A DNA stretch of 64,000 bases, taken from positions 7,863 through 71,862 of IMG/VR virus record IMGVR_UViG_3300035498_000698; one strand, written 5' to 3'. Made by a program: the position numbers and the translations under genes. Positions 54,859 to 64,000 of this stretch are shown in pieces (position 1 is the stretch's first letter; every line of letters begins with the position of its first letter). The DNA is from a virus. Lineage: Duplodnaviria; Caudoviricetes. A model generated the notes under the pieces. The model had not been told where the DNA came from. It made no database searches and saw only the letters and a list, made by a program, of their open reading frames with translations.

Positions 54859-55269
54859 TTACTCAGCCTCTACTTCCTCAACATCGCCAGAGCCTAACTT
54901 GTACGCAGTTACCTTTCTGCCGTCTTCAGTCTTAACCATATCCTTCGTTGCAGCGCCGCTCTTAACCAACTGAGTTAATCTAGCAGTTACCTTAGCCTTA
55001 GTAATGTCCTCGCCCTCAATCTGAGCCGTAATAGTGTCAATAGTCTGGAGCTCATCTGTCAGTACAGCCTGTACAGCCGCTCTTAACTCATCACCCTCAG
55101 CTTTCTTAGAAGCCGCTCTTGCTGCAGCTTTTGCTGCCTTTGCATCCAGCAACTCAACCTCATGGTCAATAAATGCTGTAATCTCGTCCTTCTGGTCACT
55201 CTCAGAAGCCTCTACGATTGCCTTAATCTGTGCATACCAATCTTTCTTTGTTACCTTTACATCTGCCAT
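54859..55269 (-). CDS. wHTH-type DNA-binding protein
   Basis: TIDTITAQI..TKAKVTARLTQLVKSG..K....GRKVTAYKL; GC-richer codon usage suggests high expression. Confidence 0.55.
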   Translation of the reverse strand: MADVKVTKKDWYAQIKAIVEASESDQKDEITAFIDHEVELLDAKAAKAAARAASKKAEGDELRAAVQAVLTDELQTIDTITAQIEGEDITKAKVTARLTQLVKSGAATKDMVKTEDGRKVTAYKLGSGDVEEVEAE

Positions 55270-55395
55270 TGTTCAGTTCTCCTTTTTCCTTTTTCCTCTT
55301 AAAATTTTTTGTGTGTATTTGTTTATCTATCTTATATAAATATTATATCAAAAATTTTTTTCTTTTTCAAGGGCTGGCATTTTGCCGCGAGTAAG

Positions 55396-55695
55396 TTATC
55401 TCCGTGCCCTAGATGAATTATACATCGCTTCGACTTTAGTTACTAATGTTTTTGCGTCAAAATCAGTAAAATCTGCATCTGTTAAGTTATGTTTATCAAA
55501 AATTACTGATTTTACATCATTAGGATTATAGCCTGCGGCAATTGCTGCTTCAAAGTCCGGAAGAACGCGATATAAATTCTCCTGACTCTGCATAATCATA
55601 GCCTGCATACCATTTACTTTACCATTACACGCTTTAGTACCATGACAAAAGGCATTATGCATTGTCGTAGGCTGAATTGCACTTAAACTAAACAT
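55396..55695 (-). CDS. hypothetical protein
   Basis: 99-aa ORF after a promoter. Confidence 0.55.
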   Translation of the reverse strand: MFSLSAIQPTTMHNAFCHGTKACNGKVNGMQAMIMQSQENLYRVLPDFEAAIAAGYNPNDVKSVIFDKHNLTDADFTDFDAKTLVTKVEAMYNSSRARR

Positions 55696-55786
55696 ATATT
55701 ATCACTTCTTTCTTTTCTTTATGTATATATTATAATAAAATTTTTTTAAAAAATAAAAACAGTAAAATGGTTCCCGCTTTTATTTT

Positions 55787-55873
55787 TTAAAATCTATCCT
55801 CCTTTCTGCGGATTCTATCCATTTTTTGTCTACGATTGTCAGTTCTAGCAGGCTTTCCGCCAGGTAACTTTTT
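55787..55873 (-). pseudogene. orphan 3' fragment homologous to the end of gene 56652..56849
   Basis: Reads KKLPGGKPARTDNRRQKMDRIRRKEDRF* vs SPLRHGRPAREDTRKQRMERIKRKEKFDY*. Confidence 0.75.
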
Positions 55874-56579
55874 ATATCCATTGCCAATGGTATCCACCTG
55901 CACTTTGTCTTTTTCCGTTACAGACTCTTCCTATTGAAGAAGAATCTATACCAGTACACCTTTCAGCCTCTTTTGCAGAATCATATTCAATATTAGTTTC
56001 TATACATAAAACCTTAGATTTAGCTCTTTTCTGTTTTTTTATAACGATTTCTTCTTTTCCTGTATAATCTTCAATATATTTCCATAATAAAGCATTACCA
56101 TTTTTATCTTTACCTGCTGTCTTTATTTTCCCAGAACAGCAATCTCCTATGTGTTCTGCACCAGTTGCTTTTTTTGCAGAAGTTTCACTATCATAAATAA
56201 CACCAGTATTTAAACAAACAACTGACCTGCCTAATGTTTTAATATTTGATAATCTTATTTTTTCTTTATGTTCTTCTGTTAAATGTTGATTATTTCCACC
56301 TTCTCTTATATTATAACCATTTTGTATAGAATTATATTTTTCAATCCAATACCGTTCTCTTTCATTTAATTCATCATCATTAAGTCCACATTCTAAGATT
56401 TTATGTTCAAAATTATCCCACCCATATTTTTGAATAGCTCTATAAAAACAAGTGCATGTAGAATATAAGCTCCCTCCGCCCCATCTATGTTGTAATGTTT
56501 GAATTGTTTGTCCAACATATGCTTTTCCATTGATTTTATTAATGTGGACATAAATAATACCTTTACGATTTCTATTCAT
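55872..56579 (-). mobile_element. freestanding GIY-YIG homing endonuclease with NUMOD-type repeats
   Basis: GIIYVHIN..AYVGQT..RW, GYNI; two V.C..T...YDS...A repeats; start moved to 56579 by SD. Confidence 0.85.
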
Positions 56580-56651
56580 ATATATATAATATCTCCTTTT
56601 TATTGATATTATATATGAAATTAATGTCAAACCTGTTAAACAAGTTTGACA

Positions 56652-56849
56652 TTAATAATCAAATTTTTCTTTTCTTTTTATTCGTTCCATTCTTTGTTTT
56701 CTTGTATCTTCTCTTGCAGGTCTACCATGTCGCAAAGGAGAGTAAGTTTTGCAAATTTGGCATTGCTTTCTGAAAGTACCATCCTTGCCCAAATCGCATA
56801 CACCTTCAGCTTTATAGTGGATACAAGCGACCTCCCGCGTTTTACTCAT
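56652..56849 (-). CDS. small Cys-containing basic protein
   Basis: CIHY..GVC..CQIC; start moved to MSKT by SD. Confidence 0.6.
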   Translation of the reverse strand: MSKTREVACIHYKAEGVCDLGKDGTFRKQCQICKTYSPLRHGRPAREDTRKQRMERIKRKEKFDY

Positions 56850-56853
56850 ATCT

Positions 56854-57027
56854 TTATTCCTCCCTATTCCAAAAATAAGATGCCATATAAACAACAGTTC
56901 TAGCAGTTTTTGTTACATCTTTTTTATCTTTTTCTTCAAAAACAAAAGAATAATCATTAACTTTAGTTACTAATCCATCTTTCCAATGTTTTCTCTGAAA
57001 ATCTTTGGCTACTTCTTCCATATTCAT
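56854..57027 (-). CDS. hypothetical protein
   Basis: Start moved to MNMEEV by SD. Confidence 0.5.
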   Translation of the reverse strand: MNMEEVAKDFQRKHWKDGLVTKVNDYSFVFEEKDKKDVTKTARTVVYMASYFWNREE

Positions 57028-57041
57028 AATTATTATCTCCC

Positions 57042-57125
57042 TTACTCTGAGTCGAAAAATTCGCTTTCGCAATCATAATCAGAAAAAGCATAATCTTCTA
57101 TATCTTCTTCAAGCTCTTCTTCCAT
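57042..57125 (-). CDS. 27-aa highly acidic peptide (not in ORF track)
   Basis: MEEELEEDIEDYAFSDYDCESEFFDSE; SD AGGAG; fills the gap between two genes. Confidence 0.5.
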   Translation of the reverse strand: MEEELEEDIEDYAFSDYDCESEFFDSE

Positions 57126-57127
57126 TA

Positions 57128-57370
57128 CTAATCTCCTAAAGTAATTCTTAAACATACCTGTCCATCATCATCATTAGTGAATGGACAAATTGCTTCATCA
57201 CCATCATTATCTTTAGCATCAATTAAATGATATTTCATTAAAGACCAAGGAGTATCCATAGCCAAACCTTCAAAGACTATTTCCCACTCCTCCCCGTTCA
57301 ATGAAATATTTTGAAAAATTCTAATAGTAGTACAGCCGTCTATAAACTTAATCAATTTTCCTAACTTCAT
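57128..57370 (-). CDS. hypothetical protein
   Basis: 80-aa ORF after a promoter. Confidence 0.55.
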   Translation of the reverse strand: MKLGKLIKFIDGCTTIRIFQNISLNGEEWEIVFEGLAMDTPWSLMKYHLIDAKDNDGDEAICPFTNDDDGQVCLRITLGD

Positions 57371-57449
57371 ATTAACTACCTCTCTTTCTTTTATATAAAT
57401 ATTTTATCAAAAATTTTAATGAATATCAATGAAGATTATCAGCCTAGAA

Positions 57450-58133
57450 TTAAGCATCCCAGAAGTCAGAATAATCAAGGATAATAGGCTTTTCGCCAAT
57501 ATAACCTAAATTGCTATCATGCAAATCACCTATTTCATATTTTTTAATAAAAGACATAATTTTATCAAACTTTTTTTCACCATAATATTCAAGAGCATCT
57601 GTCTGCCAGCTTAATAATTCATCTTCAAAAATATTAAAGTGTTTCTGTTCACAGTGTTTGATTGTCTTTTGTCTTTCATCATCACTAGCTGAATCGTACT
57701 TATCTGAATATCCATAAACTTCTGCTCTCTGCTGAATATAAATAGGATGTTTGTTAATTGCCCCAATAATTCTTTCTTTTGCGAAAATCTGATTAACATT
57801 TTCATTTTTTGCAATTCGCCATAATAAAGTTTCAGTTAAACAATAATCCCAAAAATATTCATCTGTATTATTTGCGGAAGTGAATTTACTATGGATATAT
57901 TCCTCATTTTCATAATCCCAATATCTTTGTCCAGTATATGGAATTTTAATAACATAATCTGCATTATCAGGAATAATAACTAATTTAGAAGCGCCCTCCC
58001 GCCACTCATATATAAAATCTTCTGGTAAATGAAGAAAAATCTTCTCTTCTGCATCTTCTGAGCTTAATTCTCCATCAAAAATGCAATTAGAGAATAAATC
58101 TATAATTCTTCTCTTTTCCATCTTTACCTCCAC
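57450..58133 (-). CDS. protein-kinase-like fold protein
   Basis: EGASKLV..YVIKIP (beta3 Lys), conserved E, DLHDSN catalytic loop, ILDYS. Confidence 0.7.
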   Translation of the reverse strand: MEVKMEKRRIIDLFSNCIFDGELSSEDAEEKIFLHLPEDFIYEWREGASKLVIIPDNADYVIKIPYTGQRYWDYENEEYIHSKFTSANNTDEYFWDYCLTETLLWRIAKNENVNQIFAKERIIGAINKHPIYIQQRAEVYGYSDKYDSASDDERQKTIKHCEQKHFNIFEDELLSWQTDALEYYGEKKFDKIMSFIKKYEIGDLHDSNLGYIGEKPIILDYSDFWDA

Positions 58134-58248
58134 CTATTGTCTTTTTTTTATTTATTGCAAAAATTTCCTTTATAATTTTTTCATATAAATATTATATCAT
58201 AATTTTTATTAAAAATAAAAAAAGATGCTATAAATAGCATCTTTTAAA

Positions 58249-58575
58249 TCATTTGCCTATTAAAATATTATATATTTTGCGATATTTTATAAAATCTTCT
58301 ACATTTCCATTATTATCTGGGTGAGAAACTTTCATAGCTAGTTTAACCGCATCTAAAGTACCTTCAGGAACTACAGGTTTGATTGTTATATTACTGTATT
58401 GAGCAAACTGGAGAGATTTTCTTAATCTATCATTTTCATACTCTTGATTATTCTTCTCTCTTATTAAACGAAAAATCATTTTATGACATACCTCATTTCT
58501 ATACTGCATTTCACAATATAAGCCAAGATTTAGTATTACACTTAATAAAAGCAAAACCCCAATTATAATAGTCAT
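58249..58575 (-). CDS. membrane-anchored protein with truncated J-domain
   Basis: N-terminal TM; KLAMKVSHPDNNGNVEDF..Y.IL HPD motif. Confidence 0.6.
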   Translation of the reverse strand: MTIIIGVLLLLSVILNLGLYCEMQYRNEVCHKMIFRLIREKNNQEYENDRLRKSLQFAQYSNITIKPVVPEGTLDAVKLAMKVSHPDNNGNVEDFIKYRKIYNILIGK

Positions 58576-58577
58576 AT

Positions 58578-59153
58578 TTATTCTCCTATTGGTTTAATAA
58601 TGCAGCGTGAAAGCTGTGTAGTTTTAACGCCACGAAACTCTTCATGTTTCTTAACCGTAGCGGTTAAATCAACTGCCTGACCGCGTTCTAAATCAACATC
58701 ACACTGCGTGAACCACACTAAAACATCGTCTCCAACTTCAAAAGTATGAATATTAGTCCATCCGTACTTACCACTGAAACCGCGTGTTGATTTATAAATA
58801 GCAGTAAGATTGCGGAGACGCTCGCCTGGAGTTCCTACATATTCAGATAAGGAAGGACCTTCCGCCTCTCTAAACTGTCTATCTATTATTTCTTTTGCTT
58901 TTTCATAATAACAAATTGTTTCATTTTCTTCATCCCACTGTGCTATTGTATCAAAAGAAATAGAAAACATTCCATATCCGACAGGAATATCAATAGGATT
59001 TGCAGAGTGCCATTTTAAAAGTGGAGAAAACTTACATCCCCACTCTTTTAATTTATCTTTGATGGCGTAAGTATCATCACCAAAAACACACCAAGTTAAA
59101 CCATTTTCATTAAAACCATTCTTAGTCAACCATTCTGCTTTTGTCATTTTCAT
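58578..59153 (-). CDS. OB-fold hypothetical protein
   Basis: EYVG..GER..LTATVKKHEEFRGVKTTQLSRC motif. Confidence 0.5.
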   Translation of the reverse strand: MKMTKAEWLTKNGFNENGLTWCVFGDDTYAIKDKLKEWGCKFSPLLKWHSANPIDIPVGYGMFSISFDTIAQWDEENETICYYEKAKEIIDRQFREAEGPSLSEYVGTPGERLRNLTAIYKSTRGFSGKYGWTNIHTFEVGDDVLVWFTQCDVDLERGQAVDLTATVKKHEEFRGVKTTQLSRCIIKPIGE

Positions 59154-59159
59154 TCCTCC

Positions 59160-59531
59160 TTACCACCACATAGCATCATGCTGAGCAGCCTCAATTTCTC
59201 CAATATGATAATTATTCATTGCAAGATACTCTTCATAATTTTCATAATCAGCTTCATTAAGTCCATCAATTCTTGATACCATTTCATCTACTGAAACATT
59301 AGGAAAATAGAAATCGTGGAGATGCTCGAGTTCTGACCACATTGTGCCAGCTTTGTAGTAGCCATAGTTCATCACTGCCGCAGCTAACATTGTTGCATCT
59401 ACAATTTCAGAATGATTATACCAATCAATAGCCTGAGCCTCAATAATAGTGTTATTTTCTGTAATTCCTTCTGCCTCATAATAGCTTGATACCATTTTTA
59501 CTGTTTCTGCAATTAACTGATGATTTATCAT
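59160..59531 (-). CDS. hypothetical protein
   Basis: 123-aa ORF. Confidence 0.6.
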   Translation of the reverse strand: MINHQLIAETVKMVSSYYEAEGITENNTIIEAQAIDWYNHSEIVDATMLAAAVMNYGYYKAGTMWSELEHLHDFYFPNVSVDEMVSRIDGLNEADYENYEEYLAMNNYHIGEIEAAQHDAMWW

Positions 59532-59625
59532 TATTCATCAACCTCTCTTTCTCTTTTCACTTTCTATATATATTATAACAAAAAATTTTTAAAAAATAAA
59601 GGGCGGGATTTAATCCGCCCTTAAG

Positions 59626-59799
59626 CTACCTCTTCCGCGTTAGCAGATATGAACCAAAATTTAATATTGCACAAAGTATCCAACAGATACAACAAAAGAT
59701 ACTACTGAATAATGGCTTATCTGCAATATAATTAACATATATTTGTATGCCATAACAAATAGCACAAATTATATCTAAGATTACTAAAAATAGATACAT
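59626..59799 (-). CDS. 57-aa two-TM membrane protein (not in ORF track)
   Basis: SD GGAGG; hydrophobic Cys-rich ORF; followed by terminator 59600-59622. Confidence 0.55.
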   Translation of the reverse strand: MYLFLVILDIICAICYGIQIYVNYIADKPLFSSIFCCICWILCAILNFGSYLLTRKR

Positions 59800-59814
59800 A
59801 TGTTTATGCCCTCC

Positions 59815-60933
59815 TTATACAAGATAATGAATGTCTTTACTATGCTGACGATGGAAGATAAGTTGAACAGGCTTAACATCTTTATATTTATTATATAAAG
59901 CAACATAAGTATCATCTTCCGCGTTCTTTAAGTAATTTTCAAGTTCAAACTTTAAGTTCTCTGCTTTAATTACGCAACGCCCAGTATTATAGTCATATAC
60001 ATTATCCGCAGGCGTAAAATGAACATATGCTAAATCGTTAATACGCTCAGCATCTTCAAATTCAACCCACATTTCATCTTCACTAAAAATGTCAAGAGCA
60101 TAGTTACGAATTTTAAGTGACTCTCCATTATCAAGTTGAAGGATAAGAGTAAATCTATCTCTTTCAATATTGACGATATTGAGGTCTTTAATTACTTCAG
60201 CGAAGCTATCCCCGCTATTTAATTCAAAAGCAATGGCTCTTAGGCAATCATAATTAAGATTAACTTTTCTTGAGAAAGTGATTACTTCATTAATCTCTTT
60301 CCAATATTTTTTATCAAGAGCATCTTGTAAATATTCTGTAATCGCTGCAGCATCTGGATACTGAAATCTAAAATGATAGTGGAAACGACCAGGTCTATTG
60401 ATAAGGAAATCGTTTAATCCATCAAGTTTATTGCAAGTTACTACAAAGAGTTTCTTACCTTGAGCGATTCCATCAAATAAAGTAAGCATTTCTGCCTGCG
60501 GGTCCATCTTGTCTGTGCTTTTGAATACCTTATCAAATTCATCAAACAATACCATTACCTCTTGTTCAATGCTGTTGAGATATTCTGCAATGCCAGGAAT
60601 ATACATATTGACTATGATTAGCGGGATTCCATGCTCCATAGCGGTTTGAGCCAGCATTTTAGAGAATAGGGATTTGCCTATACCCTTATCACCGCTTAAA
60701 ATGACACCGAGATTACGATTAAATTTTTGGAATGAATTAAATACTTTATTAACCTTATCTGTATGCACTCCATAAATCTTTTCGTTAATTTCAATGTCTG
60801 AATATAAAGTTAAATAAAAACCTGTCTGGTCACTAAAATTAACTAAATAAGCCTGTGGCGGCAGGTTGTCATAAGTTCTTAAACTGTTATCATAAATACG
60901 AAATGAGTTGCCAGTTTGTATTGCTTTCATCAA
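59815..60933 (-). CDS. AAA+ ATPase
   Basis: GDKGIGKS Walker A, VLFDEFDK Walker B, VTCN, NRPGRFHY. Confidence 0.9.
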   Translation of the reverse strand: MMKAIQTGNSFRIYDNSLRTYDNLPPQAYLVNFSDQTGFYLTLYSDIEINEKIYGVHTDKVNKVFNSFQKFNRNLGVILSGDKGIGKSLFSKMLAQTAMEHGIPLIIVNMYIPGIAEYLNSIEQEVMVLFDEFDKVFKSTDKMDPQAEMLTLFDGIAQGKKLFVVTCNKLDGLNDFLINRPGRFHYHFRFQYPDAAAITEYLQDALDKKYWKEINEVITFSRKVNLNYDCLRAIAFELNSGDSFAEVIKDLNIVNIERDRFTLILQLDNGESLKIRNYALDIFSEDEMWVEFEDAERINDLAYVHFTPADNVYDYNTGRCVIKAENLKFELENYLKNAEDDTYVALYNKYKDVKPVQLIFHRQHSKDIHYLV

Positions 60934-61133
60934 AATAAACCTCTTTTCTATAATTTATATAATAATTATATCTTAATTTTTTATAAAAATCAATTCATAT
61001 TTTATTTAATAGCAACATTATTGACTTTTGTCCAAAATTTTGTTATAATATAATTATATAAAAGAGAATGGCGGTTTGGAGGTTATTAGTAACTTTAAAC
61101 CAGGTAAAAGTGTTTAGAAAGCGAGGTTCCCGC

Positions 61134-61487
61134 GTGATTAAAAAGATTTTAAGTATTATTATGTTATGTTTATGTTTATGCTTTTGTTTAACAGGATGTA
61201 GAAAATTAGTGAATATAGAGTATTCAGATGTAGAAGTTATAGTTGTAGATTCTTATTATTCTCCTATGTGGTTACAACCTATTATAGTAGGAAAAACAAC
61301 TTCTTTTATTACTCATCCTGCCATTTATAGAATTACAGTTGAGTATAATGATTTAGAATTTAATATTAGTGGAAGTGATACTTATAATAAATATAAAAAT
61401 AAAATTGGAGAAACTACTATTGGAGTTTTAGAGATTTATACATATGATGATGATACAGTAAAATATGATATTTTAGAATTAGAGTGA
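61134..61487 (+). CDS. putative lipoprotein
   Basis: GTG start after GAGG; VIKKILSIIML..CLTG-C lipobox. Confidence 0.6.
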   Translation: MIKKILSIIMLCLCLCFCLTGCRKLVNIEYSDVEVIVVDSYYSPMWLQPIIVGKTTSFITHPAIYRITVEYNDLEFNISGSDTYNKYKNKIGETTIGVLEIYTYDDDTVKYDILELE

Positions 61488-61654
61488 AAAGTGCGGCAGG
61501 TCTTGATAAAAGAGCGTTAAAGCAAGACTTCCGCATAATATATATAGTTAGGAAGAGAAAAAATCAACAGTTTGTTGAAAACTTAAAACTTATTTAAAAA
61601 TACGATTTTAACGAAGTCGGTTTTTAACTATTTTGCTAAAAACGGTAAGTAAAA

Positions 61655-61801
61655 TGTTAAAAAAGTGTGTTAAAATTTTTCTAATGATTAGTTTATATAA
61701 GCAAAATGTTAAAAAATCGTGTTAAAAATTTTCTGATAAATGTTAAAAAATTTCTAATAAATGATTTTAATAGATAGGACAAAAAATGTTAATCTTTAAC
61801 A
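61655..61801 (+). repeat. iteron-like repeats TGTTAAAA..TTTCT.ATAA (upstream set)
   Basis: TGTTAA at 61655, 61668, 61707, 61720, 61741, 61787. Confidence 0.8.
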
Positions 61802-61845
61802 TTTAGATTTTATATTAGGTATAGAATGAAAGGAGTAAATGAATA

Positions 61846-62442
61846 ATGTTAAAGGTGCAACCAAATTCTCGTCAAATTCCAAGTAATGAGATTTATACTG
61901 CGGATAAAAAATATAATGATTTATTATATGGAACTTTGCAAGAAATGTCATATGTTGGAAATGAAGGGATTCGATATGTAAATAAATCGGATATTAGTTA
62001 TGTTAAATTAGCAGAAAAATTAAATTTAACTAGACAAACTGTATCTTCTCGTTTTAAACATTTATTAGAAATAGGGTTAATAAATTATGAAGAAGAAAAT
62101 AAAAGGTATCAATTATGTTCAGTTGATAAAACTTTATGTTCTTTAGTTCCTTTTGAAACATTAAGAAAATTAAATAATACATTAAATCAGAATACTATTA
62201 GTATTTATGTATATTTATTAAAGCGTTTTATCGCAAATGGAGAACAACCTTATCAAGTTTTAATGGCGCAAATGAAGAAGTTTATTGGAATAGCAACTAC
62301 TACTACAAGTAATAATGCGGTTATTACAGATATTTTATGTGTTTTACAATTATTAAAGTTGATTGACATGGAATATGTTAAAGGAGAAGATAATAAAACT
62401 AATATTGTTATTAAAGTAGTTAGGAATGTTATTCCTAATTGA
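61846..62442 (+). CDS. putative replication initiator (HTH)
   Basis: YVKLAEKLNLTRQTVSSRFKHLLEIGLI HTH; flanked on both sides by iterons. Confidence 0.6.
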   Translation: MLKVQPNSRQIPSNEIYTADKKYNDLLYGTLQEMSYVGNEGIRYVNKSDISYVKLAEKLNLTRQTVSSRFKHLLEIGLINYEEENKRYQLCSVDKTLCSLVPFETLRKLNNTLNQNTISIYVYLLKRFIANGEQPYQVLMAQMKKFIGIATTTTSNNAVITDILCVLQLLKLIDMEYVKGEDNKTNIVIKVVRNVIPN

Positions 62443-62443
62443 G

Positions 62444-62557
62444 TGTTAAAAAATTTCTAATATATGTTAAAATTTTTCTGATGGGTGCTGTAATAAAATG
62501 TTAAAAATTTTCTGATAAATGTTAAAAAATTTCTGGAAGTTGTTAAAATTTTAGATA
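62444..62557 (+). repeat. iteron-like repeats (downstream set, 21-bp period)
   Basis: TGTTAAAA at 62444, 62465, 62499, 62520, 62541. Confidence 0.8.
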
Positions 62558-62602
62558 CCATATAAATAGAGTAGAATAGAAAGTGCTAAATAGACAAAGG
62601 TC

Positions 62603-62657
62603 GTTATGAAACAAACTCTCCATCTCGCTTCGCTCGATGTTCGGTTTGTTTCATAAC
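62603..62657. other. long hairpin next to the iterons
   Basis: GTTATGAAACAAAC/GTTTGTTTCATAAC 14-bp IR enclosing a GC-rich TCGCTTCGCTCG loop. Confidence 0.65.
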
Positions 62658-62691
62658 TCTATCAGAATTTTGTAATTACTGTTTTCAAATA

Positions 62692-63060
62692 ATGATTTTA
62701 AAATATGCGGTTGCCGCGTTAAAAGGAGACTTTAGAAAAATGATTTTGAATTTTAAAGGTGAAACTACTTTAGAAAGTTTATTAGTAGATAAAGGTATTA
62801 CTAATGTAGTAAGATGTGGACAATGTTCTAATCTTGTTGCTTTTGATGATAATGATATTAGTTATGTTGCAGTGAATGAAAGTGCGGAAAAAGGTTTTGT
62901 TAAATGCCCTTGGTGTGGGCATAGTATGTATGTTGCGGAAGTGAGAAATACTGCATTTGGGAGATTAATGAGTAGAAAGTATTTTACTACTATTGAAGGT
63001 GAAGAGTTTGAGGAGAAGTTAGCTTGCTTCCAGCAAGCTAACAATGGGCGGATGGTTTAA
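62692..63060 (+). CDS. zinc-ribbon hypothetical protein
   Basis: CGQC and CPWC pairs; true start possibly 62740. Confidence 0.55.
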   Translation: MILKYAVAALKGDFRKMILNFKGETTLESLLVDKGITNVVRCGQCSNLVAFDDNDISYVAVNESAEKGFVKCPWCGHSMYVAEVRNTAFGRLMSRKYFTTIEGEEFEEKLACFQQANNGRMV

Positions 63061-63283
63061 AATAAGATAGTTATAGAGTTTAAAAGAAAGAAGTGTATAA
63101 GATTATTTATTAAGAGTGAAATTAGTGGTTTATATAAATTTGTGAAAGAATTTTATGCAAGTTTGTGAAAAAGTGTTAATAGACCTGCGACCGGTACCCA
63201 GCTCTATACCGTCTTCGTCATTCGTTTTCATTATTCTTTTATCAAGGTGCACTTCTCCCTAAACCGCGTAAAGAAAGAGAGCC

Positions 63284-63721
63284 TTATCTCAGGCTCTCTA
63301 AAAATCTCTTCAGTACTTCATCTGGGTCTGCTTTCTTTTCAGCAGGTTTTACTTTCTCTTCTTTTGGCTCGTCCTCAGAAGCATTTACCATATCGTGTAA
63401 CATTCTTACAAATGCCATCTTCATACGGAACTCTTCCTCTGCGCCTTTAATTGCTTCAATCAGTTCATCAATGTCCTCATCAGTGATGTTCATATCCTCA
63501 GGAATGACGCCAACCGCAGTCAAATAATCAAGGATAACGCAAACTGCCTCTTCTCTAAGTTCGTCAAGAGTAACTTCATCCTCTTTCTCTTGTGCTTTCT
63601 TTTCCGCGGCGACCTCGTTCTGTGCTGCCTTTAACTGAGCCTCAAACTGCTCACGAAGTGTCTCTGCGGAAGCTCCCTGTCTAAGTGCATCACTCAAAGT
63701 ACTCATATTCTGTTTAATCAT
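63284..63721 (-). CDS. hypothetical acidic coiled-coil protein
   Basis: 145-aa ORF with SD and promoter upstream. Confidence 0.6.
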   Translation of the reverse strand: MIKQNMSTLSDALRQGASAETLREQFEAQLKAAQNEVAAEKKAQEKEDEVTLDELREEAVCVILDYLTAVGVIPEDMNITDEDIDELIEAIKGAEEEFRMKMAFVRMLHDMVNASEDEPKEEKVKPAEKKADPDEVLKRFLESLR

Positions 63722-64000
63722 ATAACAAAATCTCCTTGCATTGTGTATTTATTTTTCTTTCCTTACTTTATATAAATATTATACCATAAAATTTTTGAAA
63801 TTTCAAGAACCTCTCTTAACTCCGTTGCAAGAGTTGAGCAATACTCTAATTAGGCAAATTTATTGCGAAAGGCGTTTTATGAGTATTTGTTGGTAAGAGT
63901 AACAAGAGTAGATGAATTTATTGAAATTTTGGAATGAGGTTAAAATTTAGCATTTTTTTAATATTATAACATATTTTTTATAATAAGTCAAATGCGGCGG

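Noticed and set aside
1-64000. Stop-codon reassignment
   Set aside because: Long intact genes under code 11, all three stops used as terminators, no suppressor tRNA found

Overview
A 64-kb segment of a large, AT-rich tailed-phage genome. The host is inferred to be a low-GC Firmicute (Clostridia-like): sigmaA-type TTGA(T/C)T-N17-TATAAT promoters, CodY/HPr/SleB-like genes, standard genetic code. Five blocks: (1) 1-22.5 kb, minus strand: replication and nucleotide genes (SSB-like, thyX, ligA, gyrA, gyrB), lysis genes, PhoH and an RNA-repair-like cluster; (2) 22.6-40 kb, plus strand: virion fibre/baseplate-type genes; (3) 40-52.5 kb, minus strand: a DUF2828-type helical+vWA gene, about 22 tRNA genes and many non-tRNA structured RNAs; (4) 52.5-61 kb: small accessory genes and a freestanding GIY-YIG nuclease; (5) 61.5-62.7 kb: a Rep-like gene flanked by iterons (candidate origin). 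Best candidate for a new system: the DUF2828 gene (Ro60/TROVE-like architecture, inferred) lies downstream, on the same strand, of six short RNA genes that share a terminal stem plus an AC(A/U)GCAA motif. One is a circularly permuted tRNA mimic with YrlA Y-RNA topology. A seventh element is an intact tRNA scaffold whose anticodon loop is replaced by a 51-nt insert carrying the same motif. The array also holds anticodon-less tRNAs, two interrupted tRNAs (one encoding an HNH nuclease) and a pseudoknot-rich ROOL-like RNA. All protein assignments come from motif recognition by eye; no database searches or folding programs were run.
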